From positions 6,262,001 to 6,326,000 of the forward strand of contig OZ004609.1 in NCBI GenBank assembly GCA_963924565.1: 64,000 nucleotides of DNA. The letters run 5' to 3'. The notes under the pieces are model-generated. The model ran no database searches, was not told the origin of the DNA, and saw only the letters and a list, made by a program, of their open reading frames with translations. This document shows positions 1 through 12,881 of the stretch, in pieces (the first letter of the stretch is position 1; each line of letters starts with the position of its first letter). Source of the DNA: Ascidiella aspersa. Its lineage: Eukaryota. A program made the position numbers and the translations under genes.

Positions 1-829
1 TATCACAATTGCTAGAACTTCACCAATATGCTGAACGCCGTCAATTAAAATCTAACCGTGATGTTTTTTTTGTTTTTTTTGGGGGGGGTAAATTTCAAAA
101 ATATAGTCGGAGGACTGATTTAATGTAAGGTGGTGTAGCGAAGGGCGTGTGTAGAGCTCAACTTACAGTAGTTCGAATCTAGTTATTAAAGAAACTTATT
201 TTAGCGTGAAGTTTCATTTCAACCAAACAGTGCCAGCTAGTCTAATTGTCTTTGGTGGCATTGAATCATTGAATGAGCGGTATTAGTAAGACTCGGCCAA
301 ATACGTGGGCGACAAAACCAATAGGAAACTGGACGCGACGTTATTGACAGAACTGCCAACGCCTATAGAGGTTATAACTAAACTAAACGCTGTCTTAGCT
401 CTAAGCCAAACGGCATTACCGGCCGTATACGACTATAGCAGCCGTCAAATGCTTGCTGCCCCGCGGGCAGGCCACGAAATTTGGCCAACTGCAGGGCCTA
501 CAAACTGGCCGCTGCTTGACGCAAGATAGATAAATATACTCACTTTCATGGAAAAAAATACGTATTAAATAACTTTTTTTAATGACCTAAAATTTGATAG
601 CTTGGCGTGTCTTGAACCTAATTGGAAAGCGAAACAGAATAATTGGCATGCAAAAGACAACAAAATTATAGTTATAAGCTTGATTTAGTTTGGAACATTT
701 TAAACACAACTTACGGTGTTTACATATAAAACTGTTTTATAAAGGAATTTCAATAGGCAAATTAATTTTAAGACATGTTATTACAACAACACAAGGTTAT
801 ACAAAGTAGGGTTTGGGTCTGAAAGTAAA

Positions 830-1000
830 TTTATTGTTTTGGGGTTCTTCTCATACACCTTGTTCTTAACAACACCCCCAAAAAGAAATCCATTGGTGTC
901 AGGTGGCGTGGTGACCATTTAATGCTACCTCTTCTTTTAAGGCCTAAGCCATTGCTGTGGAATAACTGTAAGTCTACTTTTGGCCCATCATGTATAACGA
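830..1000 (-). mobile_element. Degenerate Tc1/mariner transposase fragment
   Basis: Reads HDGP...KRRGSIKWSPR(H)LTPMDFF(L/W)GVVKNKVYEKNPKT across frameshifts, matching the Tc1/mariner C-terminal motif GRRGxxxWPPRSPDLTPxDFFLWGxxKxxVY. Confidence 0.7.
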
Positions 1001-1181
1001 CATCACACAACACTGGTAGTTTTTCGATTTAGTTTAGTAATTCTTGTTGTAGCTTGCTAACTCTTCCAGCTATTAGTTTTAAATAAAATTGTTTTTGATC
1101 GACAGGTGAACTGCAATTGTAAAATTTCAATATATATATTTTTTTTAAAAGAAATAATTTTTGCAACCCTGTTGTATTTAC

Positions 1182-4100
1182 CTCTAGGTGCGTATCTCCT
1201 GTGGATTTTTTGCACTGCGAGGCGAGGGGGTTGAGAGGGGCCCGGTTCCGGGGTTGTTTCGGTCGAGCCTTCGGGAAGGGGGTCATTTTGAACCGTCGCT
1301 GTCCGTGACTGCAAAAGAAAGTGGCTGGGTAAATACTTTGGGTTGAGATATTAAATTGAATTTACACAAAATTTAGATGAATGTTTAACTCGAGGCCTCA
1401 CATCCTTTGTAGATTTGGATGCATGAGATTGTAAGTTAACATGGTAGCTGCAAAATCCCTATACAATGAGCTTTGCATGATATTAAAGCAGGCTCATAAC
1501 AATGGTTTGCTGGATATGATGGTTTGCAAAAATCTACTTAAATTTTGCATGGGTTGGCTGAAAGTTTTTGGTTGCTTAAACCAGAAGATAACTGGGTTTT
1601 TATATTTTTTGTGAGACCAACTGGTTTACTGACTGGGCCAGATATAGGCGCAGAATGCTGGATTCGAATACATTTTGGTTTTTGATATTGCTGTAGTCAG
1701 GGCTGCGGAGTGGGGAGTCGGACTCGGGACTCAAGGAGTCGGTTTGTTTTGCCGGAGTTTTTAGCACATATTTTTGAACTTTAAATAAGTTATTGATATA
1801 ATTGTGTGAAGACTAAATGCACTATTTTATTAATTTGATGTCATGTTTGCTGCATCTACTTTATTTTAAAATTTTAAGCCATTTTTCGTACAAAACAGCT
1901 TAACAAATATCAAAGCCCATACAGAAGTAGGTATCATTTTGAACGTTTCGAATAACTCTTTATTCATTTTCAACATTTTCAGATGTTGAAAATGAATAAA
2001 GAGTTATTCGAAACGTTCAAAATGATACCTACTTCTGTATGGGCTTTGATATTCTTATTACGTCTTACTACAACCTCCAACGATTATGCTCCAAAGCTTA
2101 ACAAATGTTGTTGAAATGTGACATTTGTACCATGACCACTCACTTTTTTTACTGCAAAACAGATTTATTTACAGCTATTCAATTACAAAGCAATGCAAAA
2201 AAAAAAAAAAAATTTTAGGGGGAGGACAATTTGTTTTTTTCAAAATTTCAGCCCAAATCTGAATTTTCAAATTGACGTAGCACGGTCAATACTGAACCAA
2301 ACATGCTCAGATTTGGTTTGTGGGGTTTTTAGACGCAACCTAACAATTCCAGGGGGTCCTCACTGAAATTTGACAAAAAAGTGTTTTTTTGAACAACCCT
2401 AGTGTACATGTTTAAAGGTTTTGTGCATTTCGTATTTGTTTGTGAATGTAAACCCATGATATACTAGTAGACTGAGACAAAACTATGGGCTGCTAGTAAA
2501 ACACAAGTTTATACAATGGCATCACACTTGTGGTGTTGCAATTTTGACAGTTCTTGTTGCACTTTGCTAGCTCTCACACAAGTTTCAAACAAAACTGTTA
2601 ATTGTTAAACAGATGAACTGCTATGGGAAAATGTTAACCATGGCTGTCAAATTAAAATAGTAGGCAAAAAATTATTTCTAAGTAAAATATAAGTGCCAAA
2701 GTAAAAATAAATACACAAACATTTGACTAAATTTACATTTTTTGTTAAAATATTAAAAAAAAATTAAAATAACTGAGGTAATAAAGAGAGTAAAAAAAAC
2801 TTGCAAAAGATTAGTGAACTTGTTATATTTTATAGCCTTACCCCATCTTTTGAGTTAGGATACAAGATTGCATGCATTTGATCGTAAAATGGCCAAGAGG
2901 TTCTCTTCTTTAGCGAAACACAAGGATCGTTAAGATTGGCATAGGAGGCTTTCAATTTTTTCCATTTATTCGCCAATTGTTTTCTAAGAAAAACAAAAAT
3001 GTCATGAAAAACAGTTTAAATGCTATTTCTACTAAAACATATATATAGACTTAAGGCCCGTTTACACTACAGCTGCACTGAGCAAAGCGTAATTTGCATT
3101 TAAATTCTATTGTGGCGAGCGTTTCAAGCTTTGCTAAACTCAAGCCCTGTGCAGCAGCTGCAGCTAGCTTAAAAATACGCTTTGGAGCGATTTTCACGCT
3201 TTGCAAAACTCGAGCCCTGTGCAGCTATAGAAACACGTTACGTTTGGAGTGATTTTTACGCCCAGCGCAGCTCAGTGCAGCTGTAGTGAAAACAATTTCA
3301 CGCCCAGTGCAGCTCAGTGCAGCTGTAGTGTAAACGGGCCTTAAAGATTTGAAAAAAATTTGATTGATTAATCTTCTTAATATATACGTTTACGATGGTT
3401 GATCAATTTTGTGAAACCCTATAGAACCCAAATTGGGTAAATTAACTTATATTTGTCATCATTTTACAAAAAAAAAATTCCTTGGTTGTCATCAAAATCA
3501 AACCAACAGTTAAAACTAATTCAACAAAAAAAAAATTGTGAGAATGATCCACTAAAAAAAAAAAAAAAAAAAATTTTTAGTTGATCACTGAAGTAAATTA
3601 TACAATTGAGCTTGCTTATTGTTACAACTTTTCTCAAGAAAACTGGTTGCATATTGCTTAGTTGGTATTTTTAACTTATAGTTCTTTAAAAATAAACAAG
3701 AAAACCTTATAAAAAACACTTCAAGGTAAAGCATCTACAAAAATTGCTCTGTCAGAATCTAACTAAACTAAACGATGCTGTGACCAGACTTGGACAACTA
3801 GATTTATTTTAGCTTTTTAAAATTAGATTAAAATTAAAATTAGAGCATTTCAGTTTTTCCAAATTAGATTAGAATTAGAATTAGGTCATTTTGAGTTTTC
3901 TGAAATTAGACTAGAATTAGAATTACCGAATTCGTAACAACATTAATTTGAACTAGAATTTAAACTAGAATTACATTTGATTATTCCCAATCAATTACGT
4001 TCAAATCAGGAAGTATTTTAATAAAAATGTGAATGATAATTATGTGTGTGCTAATTTTTAAGCCTTTTAACATCGCATATGCTTTTCAGACTGTGAAAAT

Positions 4101-7100
4101 TCTGTTCCAACCGAAGAGTTTGAATTCAAATTCTTTGTTTTGACTAAGAGACTAAAAATGCCGTTGGACAAAGTAGAAACAGAATTAGAGCACACAGACA
4201 ATTCACGAATTAGATTAGAATTAGAATTAGTCGCATTTTGCTCTAATTCATTAAATTAGAAAACTAGAATTAACTAGTTGTCCAAGTCTGGCTGTGACTC
4301 AAATACAATAAAAAAGCTGTTTAAAGAAAACCTTGTCATTAAAAACTGCCTTAACAAAATAAATATTAAAACCAAAGCATAACACCAAAGTAACACCTAT
4401 CAGCATCCCATTCGATTTTGTTTTAAAAAGGGTGTAGCAAGAGTCTTAAAAAGTATAAATAAAAATACTTTGAAAATGTGTATCCCTTTCTTTTCATTTG
4501 TATATGGATGGAGGCGAGGGACATGTTTTTTCTGGCAGTCTTCGATGTGTCGTCTCGTCCCGGAAAGGTCTGCAAGCAGTTGAGTAAGTCCCTTGTGGCT
4601 TTTTCGCTCCAATTGGCGCGATCTAGGTCCTTCATGCTCATATACGAATGGTAGCTTCCAGGCTCAATATCTGGAATTCCATAAATAAACAACGATTATT
4701 ATGTACTAAGAATAACTTTAGATGATAGTTGAATCAGGTACCAATGGAATGTGCTCCCTAAACAAACTTTGTACTGGGAATCAACAGCGTTTCAGTTTAA
4801 GTCAAACATAAAGATATGCTTAATTTCCTTGCTGCATTCAAATTACTACACTTTTTAAAGAAGGCAAGATCATATGTAAAAATAGATGAGTACTGATACA
4901 GAAAAAGAATTGTAGTGAGTTTTATGTTGTCATTTTATTTTCAAGTTACATTTTTCATGAAAATTTATAAGTGTAGTTTATTTTCATTTGGAAAATATGA
5001 CTTTGAAATGAAGGTTATATTGCATTGATGTTAATGGTAATTATGGGCCTTTATAGATCATTTGTTTTTCAAAATATAAGTTTGCCAATATTCAAAGCTA
5101 AACATGGTTTCCATTTTATTTTCAACTGTAATTAAACTTTTTGTGTGGTCAATATTCATTAAATTAATAAACTACTAATGGCCTTTGGTTAGGGATGTTC
5201 AAAGTAGAATCCCAAGGTATTCTAGAATAATAGGATTCGAATCTAGAATAACGAATTCAGAATAGCGAATCCTAGTATATTTTTATTAAATTATTTATCC
5301 TCGATTTTGTTTGGGGAAGGGATTAATCTTAATCTACCCTACAGGGCCTACAATCACAGCAAAACATCGCCCAAACAATTTTCCAACATGTGAACATTAT
5401 AATAAAAAAACTCTCTCATATGTTTAACATTCATAACAAAGTTCTGTCATCTGAAGCCGTTCTGTAAACTGTAATATGTCAACTGCCCAGGTTGTGTCCA
5501 AAACTTATATTTTTGCCAAAAGTGAGCAAATGCAACACTGCACATAAAAGTCTTAAGCTATTCGGTCCTGATTTTGAAAGCATTATTGAGTATTATTGCT
5601 TCTTTTTTGACTAACATGATCTGCTATGCAGTCATATGATGTACTGCAAAGAATACAAAGTTATTATTGACATAACGAATTCTTGACAATTACGTTTTGC
5701 ATAACTCCATAACTTCCCTGAATATGGCCTAAAGTTGACCTTAAGTAACCCCATAGCGCATTTTATGGAAGGCCAGCACGTTTTAGAAGGCCAGCATGCA
5801 ACGCTATGTTACTTTTGCAACTTACGCATTTAGGGAAATTGCAAACTCCACGCCAGACATTACACGTTAGCCGCTCGCCCAATAACGCTGGATTGACACT
5901 TAATTATTAGACGAACGTTATCGCGAGACACGGTAATTGGTCGCCCGAAAAAACGCTGACTGTGCACTACAAGGTTACATTTAAAGCAAGCATTGTAAAT
6001 TGGTCGCCGCGTCGACAGGCCAACTTACTACACGCGTTTGTACAATTAGGCGCAACAATCCGCGGTAAAACATTAAATTATATCGGTTCCAATTACCCGA
6101 AATAAATGGCAGAATTGGATTCGAATCCCATCTGGATTCGAATCCAAGGATTCGATATTCTACTTTGAGCATCCCTACCTTTGGTGTGACAATTTATGCA
6201 CCTTTTTTATTGACTGTAGTATATAAAATAAAGTACAGTTCAAAATTCCAACTTTAATATTTTCGAAACTTTAAAAAACAAACACTGCATTGACAGTTTC
6301 AGTATGTTAAGATTGACAATAACAAAATCAGGAGATTTGGGCAAAAAACAAAAAACAAATATAACCAAAAAACTTTCTAAGGTAAAATAGAAAAATAAGT
6401 TTAAAATAATAGATCTCACCAATCAAATCCAGAATGCTATCTATTTCCTCATGTTCACGCTGCTGTGGATTATCCATTTCGCCACTTCTCTGCGATGGAT
6501 TTTGGTGTTCGGCAGCTGGATTACCTGCAGCTCCTCCAATTGCTGGCACCTTCCAATGGCTGTATTGGTGCACAGCTTCATGTTCCTAAATAAAAGAAAG
6601 CTCAGAATCAAAACCAAATATATTAAAACAGTTGATTGATTTGAATTGTTCCGACTAGTAAACGTTTGCGATGCAAAGAAAATCTAAGAAACTATACCAT
6701 ACAAATTAGGGATGTCTGATAATATCAGATCGGAGCCGATTCCATACTAACTAATAGTACCGACGTATAAGACTGTTACTAGGGTGGGATATCAATGATC
6801 CGATTCCAAATATACATATAAAGCAATTTCACCCAGGGTTTAAAATTTGACATAGCTGTTTCCAACTTTAAAGGTAAACTTGTCAAAAAACTAGTAGGTT
6901 AACAACTAGAGGTAACTAAACTTAACTTTAAAGAAAATTTTGGCGTAATATATATATATGCCGGAAAAGAATTTCGATGTCATCTATTTTGCGCGTTTGA
7001 TAGTAATGATGTCATTTGGGAATCACTTTGGATCGCAATATTTTTGTCCAAAATATTATGTATTGGTATCACAACAAAATGTCAAGCAAGTATCGGGCGT

Positions 7101-9401
7101 ACAATAAATGTTTAATTAAAAATTTAAACACCATTTGCCAAAAAAAGGATGGATGTAAACATTATCTTAAACACATTGGTATACATAGTGTAAAAATAAT
7201 GTTAGTACAAGTATACATAAAAATTATAAATTTTTAAAAACAGAATAACATATGAAATTTTTGACAAGTTTATTTATAATCAGTGGCGTATCCAGGGGGG
7301 GTTGGGACACCCTCCCCCCTTTTCGTAAGTGACATTATCGTTTTTTTGTTCGTTTTTGTCAGGGTTTAACTCACCGTCTGAAGCTGCGTGTTTTTTTCAG
7401 TGTAATGGGGTCATGACTCTTGCTTAATGCGAAACCAAAATCAAACGAAAACTCCTTTTCTGTTTCTTGTTTGGTCGACCGTAAACACAGGATATATTTT
7501 CTCTTTCGCCTTTCGTTATTCGTTCGGGTTGGCTGATCAGCAAGTGCGTTTTCGACAATTAATAACGATCAATCAGCAGCCTCTGTAATTCATCGGGCCC
7601 GCTGCCTCTTCGACAAACTATACATGAGTCCATTTTAAAAACTTTTTGAGTATTTTAACTACGTAAGTGCGAAACATTTTCCCACTTGGTGCAATGTTCT
7701 TTCAACGTCCGTTTTTTTACGTTTTGGGCTGTATTTTTAACTAGTTATTCCCACCAAAAAAATCGTGCTTTCTTCGCTTGCCAGCTGTGCATTCAGTTCA
7801 ACAGGTTAAAAACACTCAAATAGATTAACTATGGAAGTGGCTTTTTTGCAGATGTTGCGGTAATCAAATAACACCCAGGAAAAACGATCTACCAAAATCA
7901 ATCACAAATATTGCACAGTCTTGTTTTCGTTTTTCTCCTGAAGTTAACGATTGCACCATAAGCGGTTTCGCAGCTGGCGCCTGGCATGAGTGTGGATGAC
8001 GCACATGTTCGCTTTGCGTCTAAAAGTTTGCTTTTGCTGGACGTTAATGGCTGTTTGTGATATTACTTATGACATCATTAGAATCGCTATTTTATCACGT
8101 CATATCTGTTACTATTTTATGACGTCATTAACGTCAAACAAAAAACGGGGAATTCCCTAAGTTGAAAATTTGCGACCCCCACCCTTTTTGGATTTCTGGA
8201 TACACCCCTGTTTATAACATATAGAAAAACTAATTAATGTAGTAAATTTAGATTATCTACTGTTTAAAGCTGAAAACTTAAATTGCAAATATTTTCTGAA
8301 CTTACAGCTGCAGAATGTCTTGGAAAAGCGGCATATATTTTCTGCACTTGATCAAAATACGGCCAAAACCGAATTCTGTGTGGTGACAGCGAACGACTTT
8401 TTCCTTCGGCCACTGCGATGTACCTTTCCTTTAACTTCTTCCATTTGTTTTTTAGTTGGGCTCTGCATGCGTTATAATGACTTTTTTAACAACCAGACAA
8501 ATAAGGTTTAAAGAAAAAATTGTAACACTTGATTGATACTTATTAAGCAAATTATCAGAAAAGTAAAGTTATCAGAAAGTAATTCATCACCCGGAAAACG
8601 CTGACACCGCACTGCATGGCCATATTTAAAGTAAACACTGTGTGTTTAACCAAAGCAACAAGTAATTTCAATTAAACAAATAAATTATATAGGTTCCAAA
8701 TTTACTTGAAAACACCATAATTGGATACTAATCAAATTTGGATTTGAATCTAATGATTCAATATTCTACTTTAAACATCCCTAATTACAAGTTCTTTAAT
8801 ATAGAAAGGCTACTGTGTAAAGTATATAACGTTCTTTAGAATATTCTTTATAATAGACCAAACGCATATATCCCCAACATTGGCTATCCAACTAAATATT
8901 CAATGTATTAGTGGGAAACTTTTAGCACACCGAGTCACAAAAGATGAATAAGTTTAGTAACACATTTCTAAGGCACTTTCAACCTCAGCATTTGTTGTGG
9001 TTAGTATTTTTACAAAAAGATTATATAAATCACTATGAAAAATTCACCCGGCCATGTTTTATCACTTACTTTGTGCAGGTGTAACCCTTCTCCCTCATTT
9101 CCATGTAGATGTGCTCGAAGATGACGCTCTTGTTTCTCGACTTATCAATTGTTGTGTATTTTTGCATTACATTCAACAGGTCGGTGATGGACTGCGACTT
9201 CCATTTCATACGGTTCATCATTGAATGTGGATTTGAAGGGGGCGCCATGCTACTTGGTGGGGGTGGTGGCTGAGGGGGTGGGGCCATGCTACTAGGGGGC
9301 GGCGGCATGCTGGTCGGGGGTGGACCCATTCCGTTCAAGGGTGGAACCATGTTATTCATAGGCGGGGCCATGCCGTTCTGAGACGGAACCATGCCGTTCA
9401 T
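1182..9401 (-). CDS. Tandem Myb/SANT-like (trihelix, MSANTD-type) DNA-binding protein with Pro/Met-rich N-terminus; 3' end unresolved
   Basis: Phase-consistent GT-AG exons 9401-9070, 8462-8306, 6585-6420, 4670-4469, 2983-2842, 1308-1182 (>=375 aa). Domain 1 WKSQSITDLL...MREKGYTCTKAQLKNKWKKLKERY...FWPYFDQV; domain 2 WSEKATRDLL...MKRKGYTFSKKQLANKWKKLKASY...SWPFYDQM. Confidence 0.85.
1906..2080. repeat. Hairpin repeat: perfect 71-bp inverted arms (1906-1976/1983-2053) plus tail
   Basis: Arms are exact reverse complements with a 6-nt loop; related copies at ~38759-38922 and ~41596-41688. Confidence 0.9.
3055..3340. mobile_element. MITE with long TIRs (GGCCCGTTTACACTACAGCTGCACTGAGC) flanked by TTAA
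   Basis: TIRs at both ends, TTAA at 3051-3054 and 3341-3344, internal subrepeats. Confidence 0.85.
3785..4290. mobile_element. hAT-type MITE with internal TTAGAA repeats
   Basis: TIR CAGACTTGGACAACTAG; perfect 8-bp TSD GCTGTGAC at 3777-3784 and 4291-4298. Confidence 0.9.
5190..6177. mobile_element. hAT-type non-autonomous element, family A copy 1
   Basis: TIR TAGGGATG(T/C)TCAAAGTAGAAT; perfect 8-bp TSD CCTTTGGT; close second copy at 41728-42480; decayed end at ~8590-8783. Confidence 0.9.
7281..8210. mobile_element. hAT-type non-autonomous element
   Basis: Imperfect TIR CAGTGGCGTATCCAG / CTGGATACACCCCTG; TSD TTTATAAT/TTTATAAC (7/8). Confidence 0.8.
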
Positions 9402-11196
9402 GCTTGAAATTTAGTTTTTTCCCAGAATCCCTTAAGTTGAAGTAACTTGAATTTAAATATAAAAAAACAATGTTGTGAACTTGCCAAATACTTACAAATT
9501 CAAATGAGTCACAAACGTTGAACATACAAAGTTATTGGTTTTCAATAAATTGTACAAAAATTATATTCCTATTTTTAATAATTACACATTAACTACTACA
9601 CATTTACAGGTACGATTTTATAGACTGGGGCGTTGGATTAACAGATGTAAAAAACACAATTAAAACAACACCGAATAAACCTTGAAAAAGTTGCGAACTT
9701 AATATTCGAGGATCTGACTGAAATCAAACATAAGCTATTTATTTATTCAACCAGTTTCAGCTTAAACAAAACTGTCAAACCTTAAAAAGTGCCAATTCAA
9801 ACACAACAATACACAGGAGCAGTTATCGTTTTAACTTGCAGAGCAAAGATGGCGATTGTGGTAAACATCTTTTTAAAAGGTACTGTAACAAATTTTGTTT
9901 TATTTCTGACCAAAACAAATAAATATTTATACAAAGTAATCTTTTACTATTAAGAAAAACATGCACGCTACACATTACTACATCGTAATCTAAAAACAAT
10001 TGTATATTTATGGCATAAATATTATATCAACATTTGCTAATGTACCTTAATAGAACACCCTTTTTAGCAAAATAAAATTCAACGTAAAAAAATCTTTTGA
10101 AAAAAAACATATTTATTTTTGGCGAATTATTTTTGGAATTATTTACAATGTTTTAATGCTGTTTATCATTACGCTAACAATAAGTTTTGAAATGTAAAAT
10201 AAAATTTAAACATGTTTCTCCACGATTGCTCGCTGAAAAATCGCTATACAGGTACGTCAAAATTAATGTTTATTGCCGTTGCGAAAAGGGTTTAACATCG
10301 ATCGTTCGCAGTATCGATTTTAACATTGTTTTCGCCATAAAATACTTGGGAAATGTTATTTAGATAAAAAACGAATAATAGGCCGAAAATTTGACTATCA
10401 TTATTTTGTTCAGTAATGTTAACCTACGTACCTAAAGGGCTTAAAAATCCAGTGCGGAATGACTTTTTTAATCCATATGATTTTTTCGCACCAGTTAATC
10501 GAGTCTGATTGGATTTCAGCCCTAATCTAGCGTCTTAACAAGATATTTAGATAAAAAAAAGCAAATTTGGGAAATTTTTTGACTGTCATGATGTTGTTCA
10601 GTGCTGTTAAAAATAAGACATTTAATATAAATGCCATTGTAAAATTTTGTCGATATTAAATGTCAGCTACCGGCAGAGCGATCTAATTACCGGTAGGCCT
10701 ACTCTAAATAATCCCCCGCAAGAACGAATAGGGTATAGTCTTAACTTTTATTATTTTGTTCAAAGGTTTAAATATGTAACGGTAAATTAAAAAAATCCTG
10801 GGCTCAAATTGTAGCTAACTCTTTATTTTCATTTTATTAGATTTGCCCATATGCAATATCTAAAGAACTTTTTTACTAGTTAGATAGTTATAGTTTTGTG
10901 TATATAACACTTTTATAATGTTAAGGAATGTTATTATATGTGATAATAAGATTTTCAGGTAAAACATCGTTAAGAAACATGTTTAAATGTTGTTTTACTT
11001 TCAACAACTTTATTCAGACTATAATGGTAAACGGCAATAAATAAATAAAAAAAATCAAATATTTTTTTTAATCTTGAATTCCAAAGGTGCTTTATTTTCC
11101 AAAGATTTTGATTTTAGTTTAATTATACCAAATAACAGGTTATTTATCTTAATATTTATGTACATTAAAAATGTTATTGCTAATGTTCTGTTTATG

Positions 11197-12360
11197 TAGG
11201 CCTACCATATGTCCTCTTTTCTCAAGAAAACCGAATGGTTCTCCGAGGACGTTCAAAAATGTCCAAATGTCCTCTTTTTCGCATTTCAAGTTAGTTGCTT
11301 ATACTTCTAAGGCGAGCCATTGTATTTATTTTCAAAAAAATACTGTAGCCATGAAACATGCTAAATTGCTGGCTTGAGACATGTTTTTCAACAAATTACC
11401 CTACCAGCCCTACCTTCTTATTGTTATTGTAAACATTGTGCCAGAAAAATGGCAACATAACCCTCACATGTAAAAAAGCCCATAAAGCAAAGGTGTAAGT
11501 TTTGTACGCCTGGCTGACTATCAGTGTTACTGTGCTATGTTCTTATTTCTTACAGAAGTTTGTCGTAAGTCTATATAACAAACAGGTACAGTTGGTACTC
11601 AGCAGATGCTTTCATGTTTCTTTATTATTCTTTAGATTTAGACAACCATAAAGCATACTAAACTATAAATTATAATGCCGAAGAGGAAAACTCTGTTTAC
11701 TGATGAACTACGCCAAAAGTATCCTTGTTTCAGAAATAGACGTAGTAATTTCGAAGCTGAATGCATTACTTGTGGATATGTCACGTTTTTCTCCAACGTA
11801 ACAATTCCACTTTCGTTTTACTAGCAGGCAAGAAATACCAGTGTTGTAATGACTTAAGTCAATGACTTGACTTAAGTGCACTTAAGTCACTGTTTTTAAA
11901 TGACTTGACTTGACTTAAGTATTTTGGGCTAAAACACTTGACTTGACTTAAGTCTTTTGGGCAAATGACTTGACTTGACTTAAGTCATTTGGACAAATGA
12001 CTTGGGTTAAAATAAATTGTTTTAATTAAACAATTGATTATAAAAAAGCATTATTTAGCCCAATCTTAGCACATAAAAGAATTTGCTTGTTATATGGTGC
12101 GGAGTTTGCCGGTTTTCATAATTTAAAGTTTTATTTTTTTGACAAGGGCAGGACTTGAAGTTGACTTGCTTTAATTATGACTTGACTTGGGCAACCGATG
12201 ACTTGGACTGGGACTTGACTTGTTATTTATTCAAAAAGACTTGACTTGCACTTAAGTTATTTTACGAATGACTTGACTGGGACTTCAGTCATTTCAAAAT
12301 GACTTGTTTACAACACTGAGAAATACCCTCTTTTTGGGTGCTGAAAATATGGTAGCTCTA
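11197..12360 (+). mobile_element. Internally deleted hAT element retaining a transposase N-terminus, interrupted by a nested MITE
   Basis: Ends TAGGCCTACCATAT / ATATGGTAGCTCTA, flanking GTTTATG duplication; ORF 11675-11824 MPKRKTLFTDELRQKYPCF...AECITCG resembles a hAT transposase zinc-finger start; related copy 51527-52429. Confidence 0.75.
11839..12318. mobile_element. hAT-type MITE with GACTT/GACTTAAGT subterminal repeats (family B), nested
   Basis: TIR CAGTGTTGTAA / TTACAACACTG; perfect TSD AGAAATAC at 11831-11838 and 12319-12326; a partial copy follows at ~12380-12637. Confidence 0.9.
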
Positions 12361-12881
12361 GTTTATGTTATTTTTACTTGAGTTATTGCTCATAATTGAA
12401 CGAGTTCACTAGTTTTAATAGTTTAAATTTATTTGAACGACAAGGAGTTGACTTGTTTTAATTATGACTTGAGTTGGGCAGCCGATGACTTGGGCTGGGA
12501 CTCGACTTAATAATTATCCAAAAATGCTTGACTTAGACTTAAGTTATTTCACAAATGACCTGACTTAAACTTAAGTTATTTTACAAACGACTTGACTGGG
12601 ACTTAGGTCATTTCAGAATGACTTTTTTATAACACTGTATAGGAACGCTTTTGTGCAAAACAGAAAGCATCAGGATGTACAAAATTTATTTTTTAACATA
12701 CATAAAAAACAAGGAGTCGACAATTAAGTTCTAAGTTGACTACAACATTTTTTTTTTAGTCTGTTCAATATGAGAAATATGAAATTAACACATAGTTCCC
12801 TCTCTATGCCGTATAGAAACAAAACTCATCGTTGGCTATCGCTGGTTTAAAGCAGTTTCATCTCGGTAAAGATGGACAGAT

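Noticed and set aside
41-51. Terminal exon (DFN*) of the Myb/SANT gene
   Set aside because: In phase but the acceptor lacks a pyrimidine tract; cannot be supported at the window edge.
128-182. tRNA gene (A-box-like sequence plus GTTCGAATC)
   Set aside because: No cloverleaf; at most a decayed SINE head, as with ~21060-21330.
3830-4270. TTAGAA runs as telomeric repeats
   Set aside because: Subterminal motifs of a TSD-flanked MITE.
11839-12640. GACTT arrays as CRISPR or satellite
   Set aside because: Bounded by TIRs and 8-bp TSDs, no unique spacers; eukaryotic MITE.
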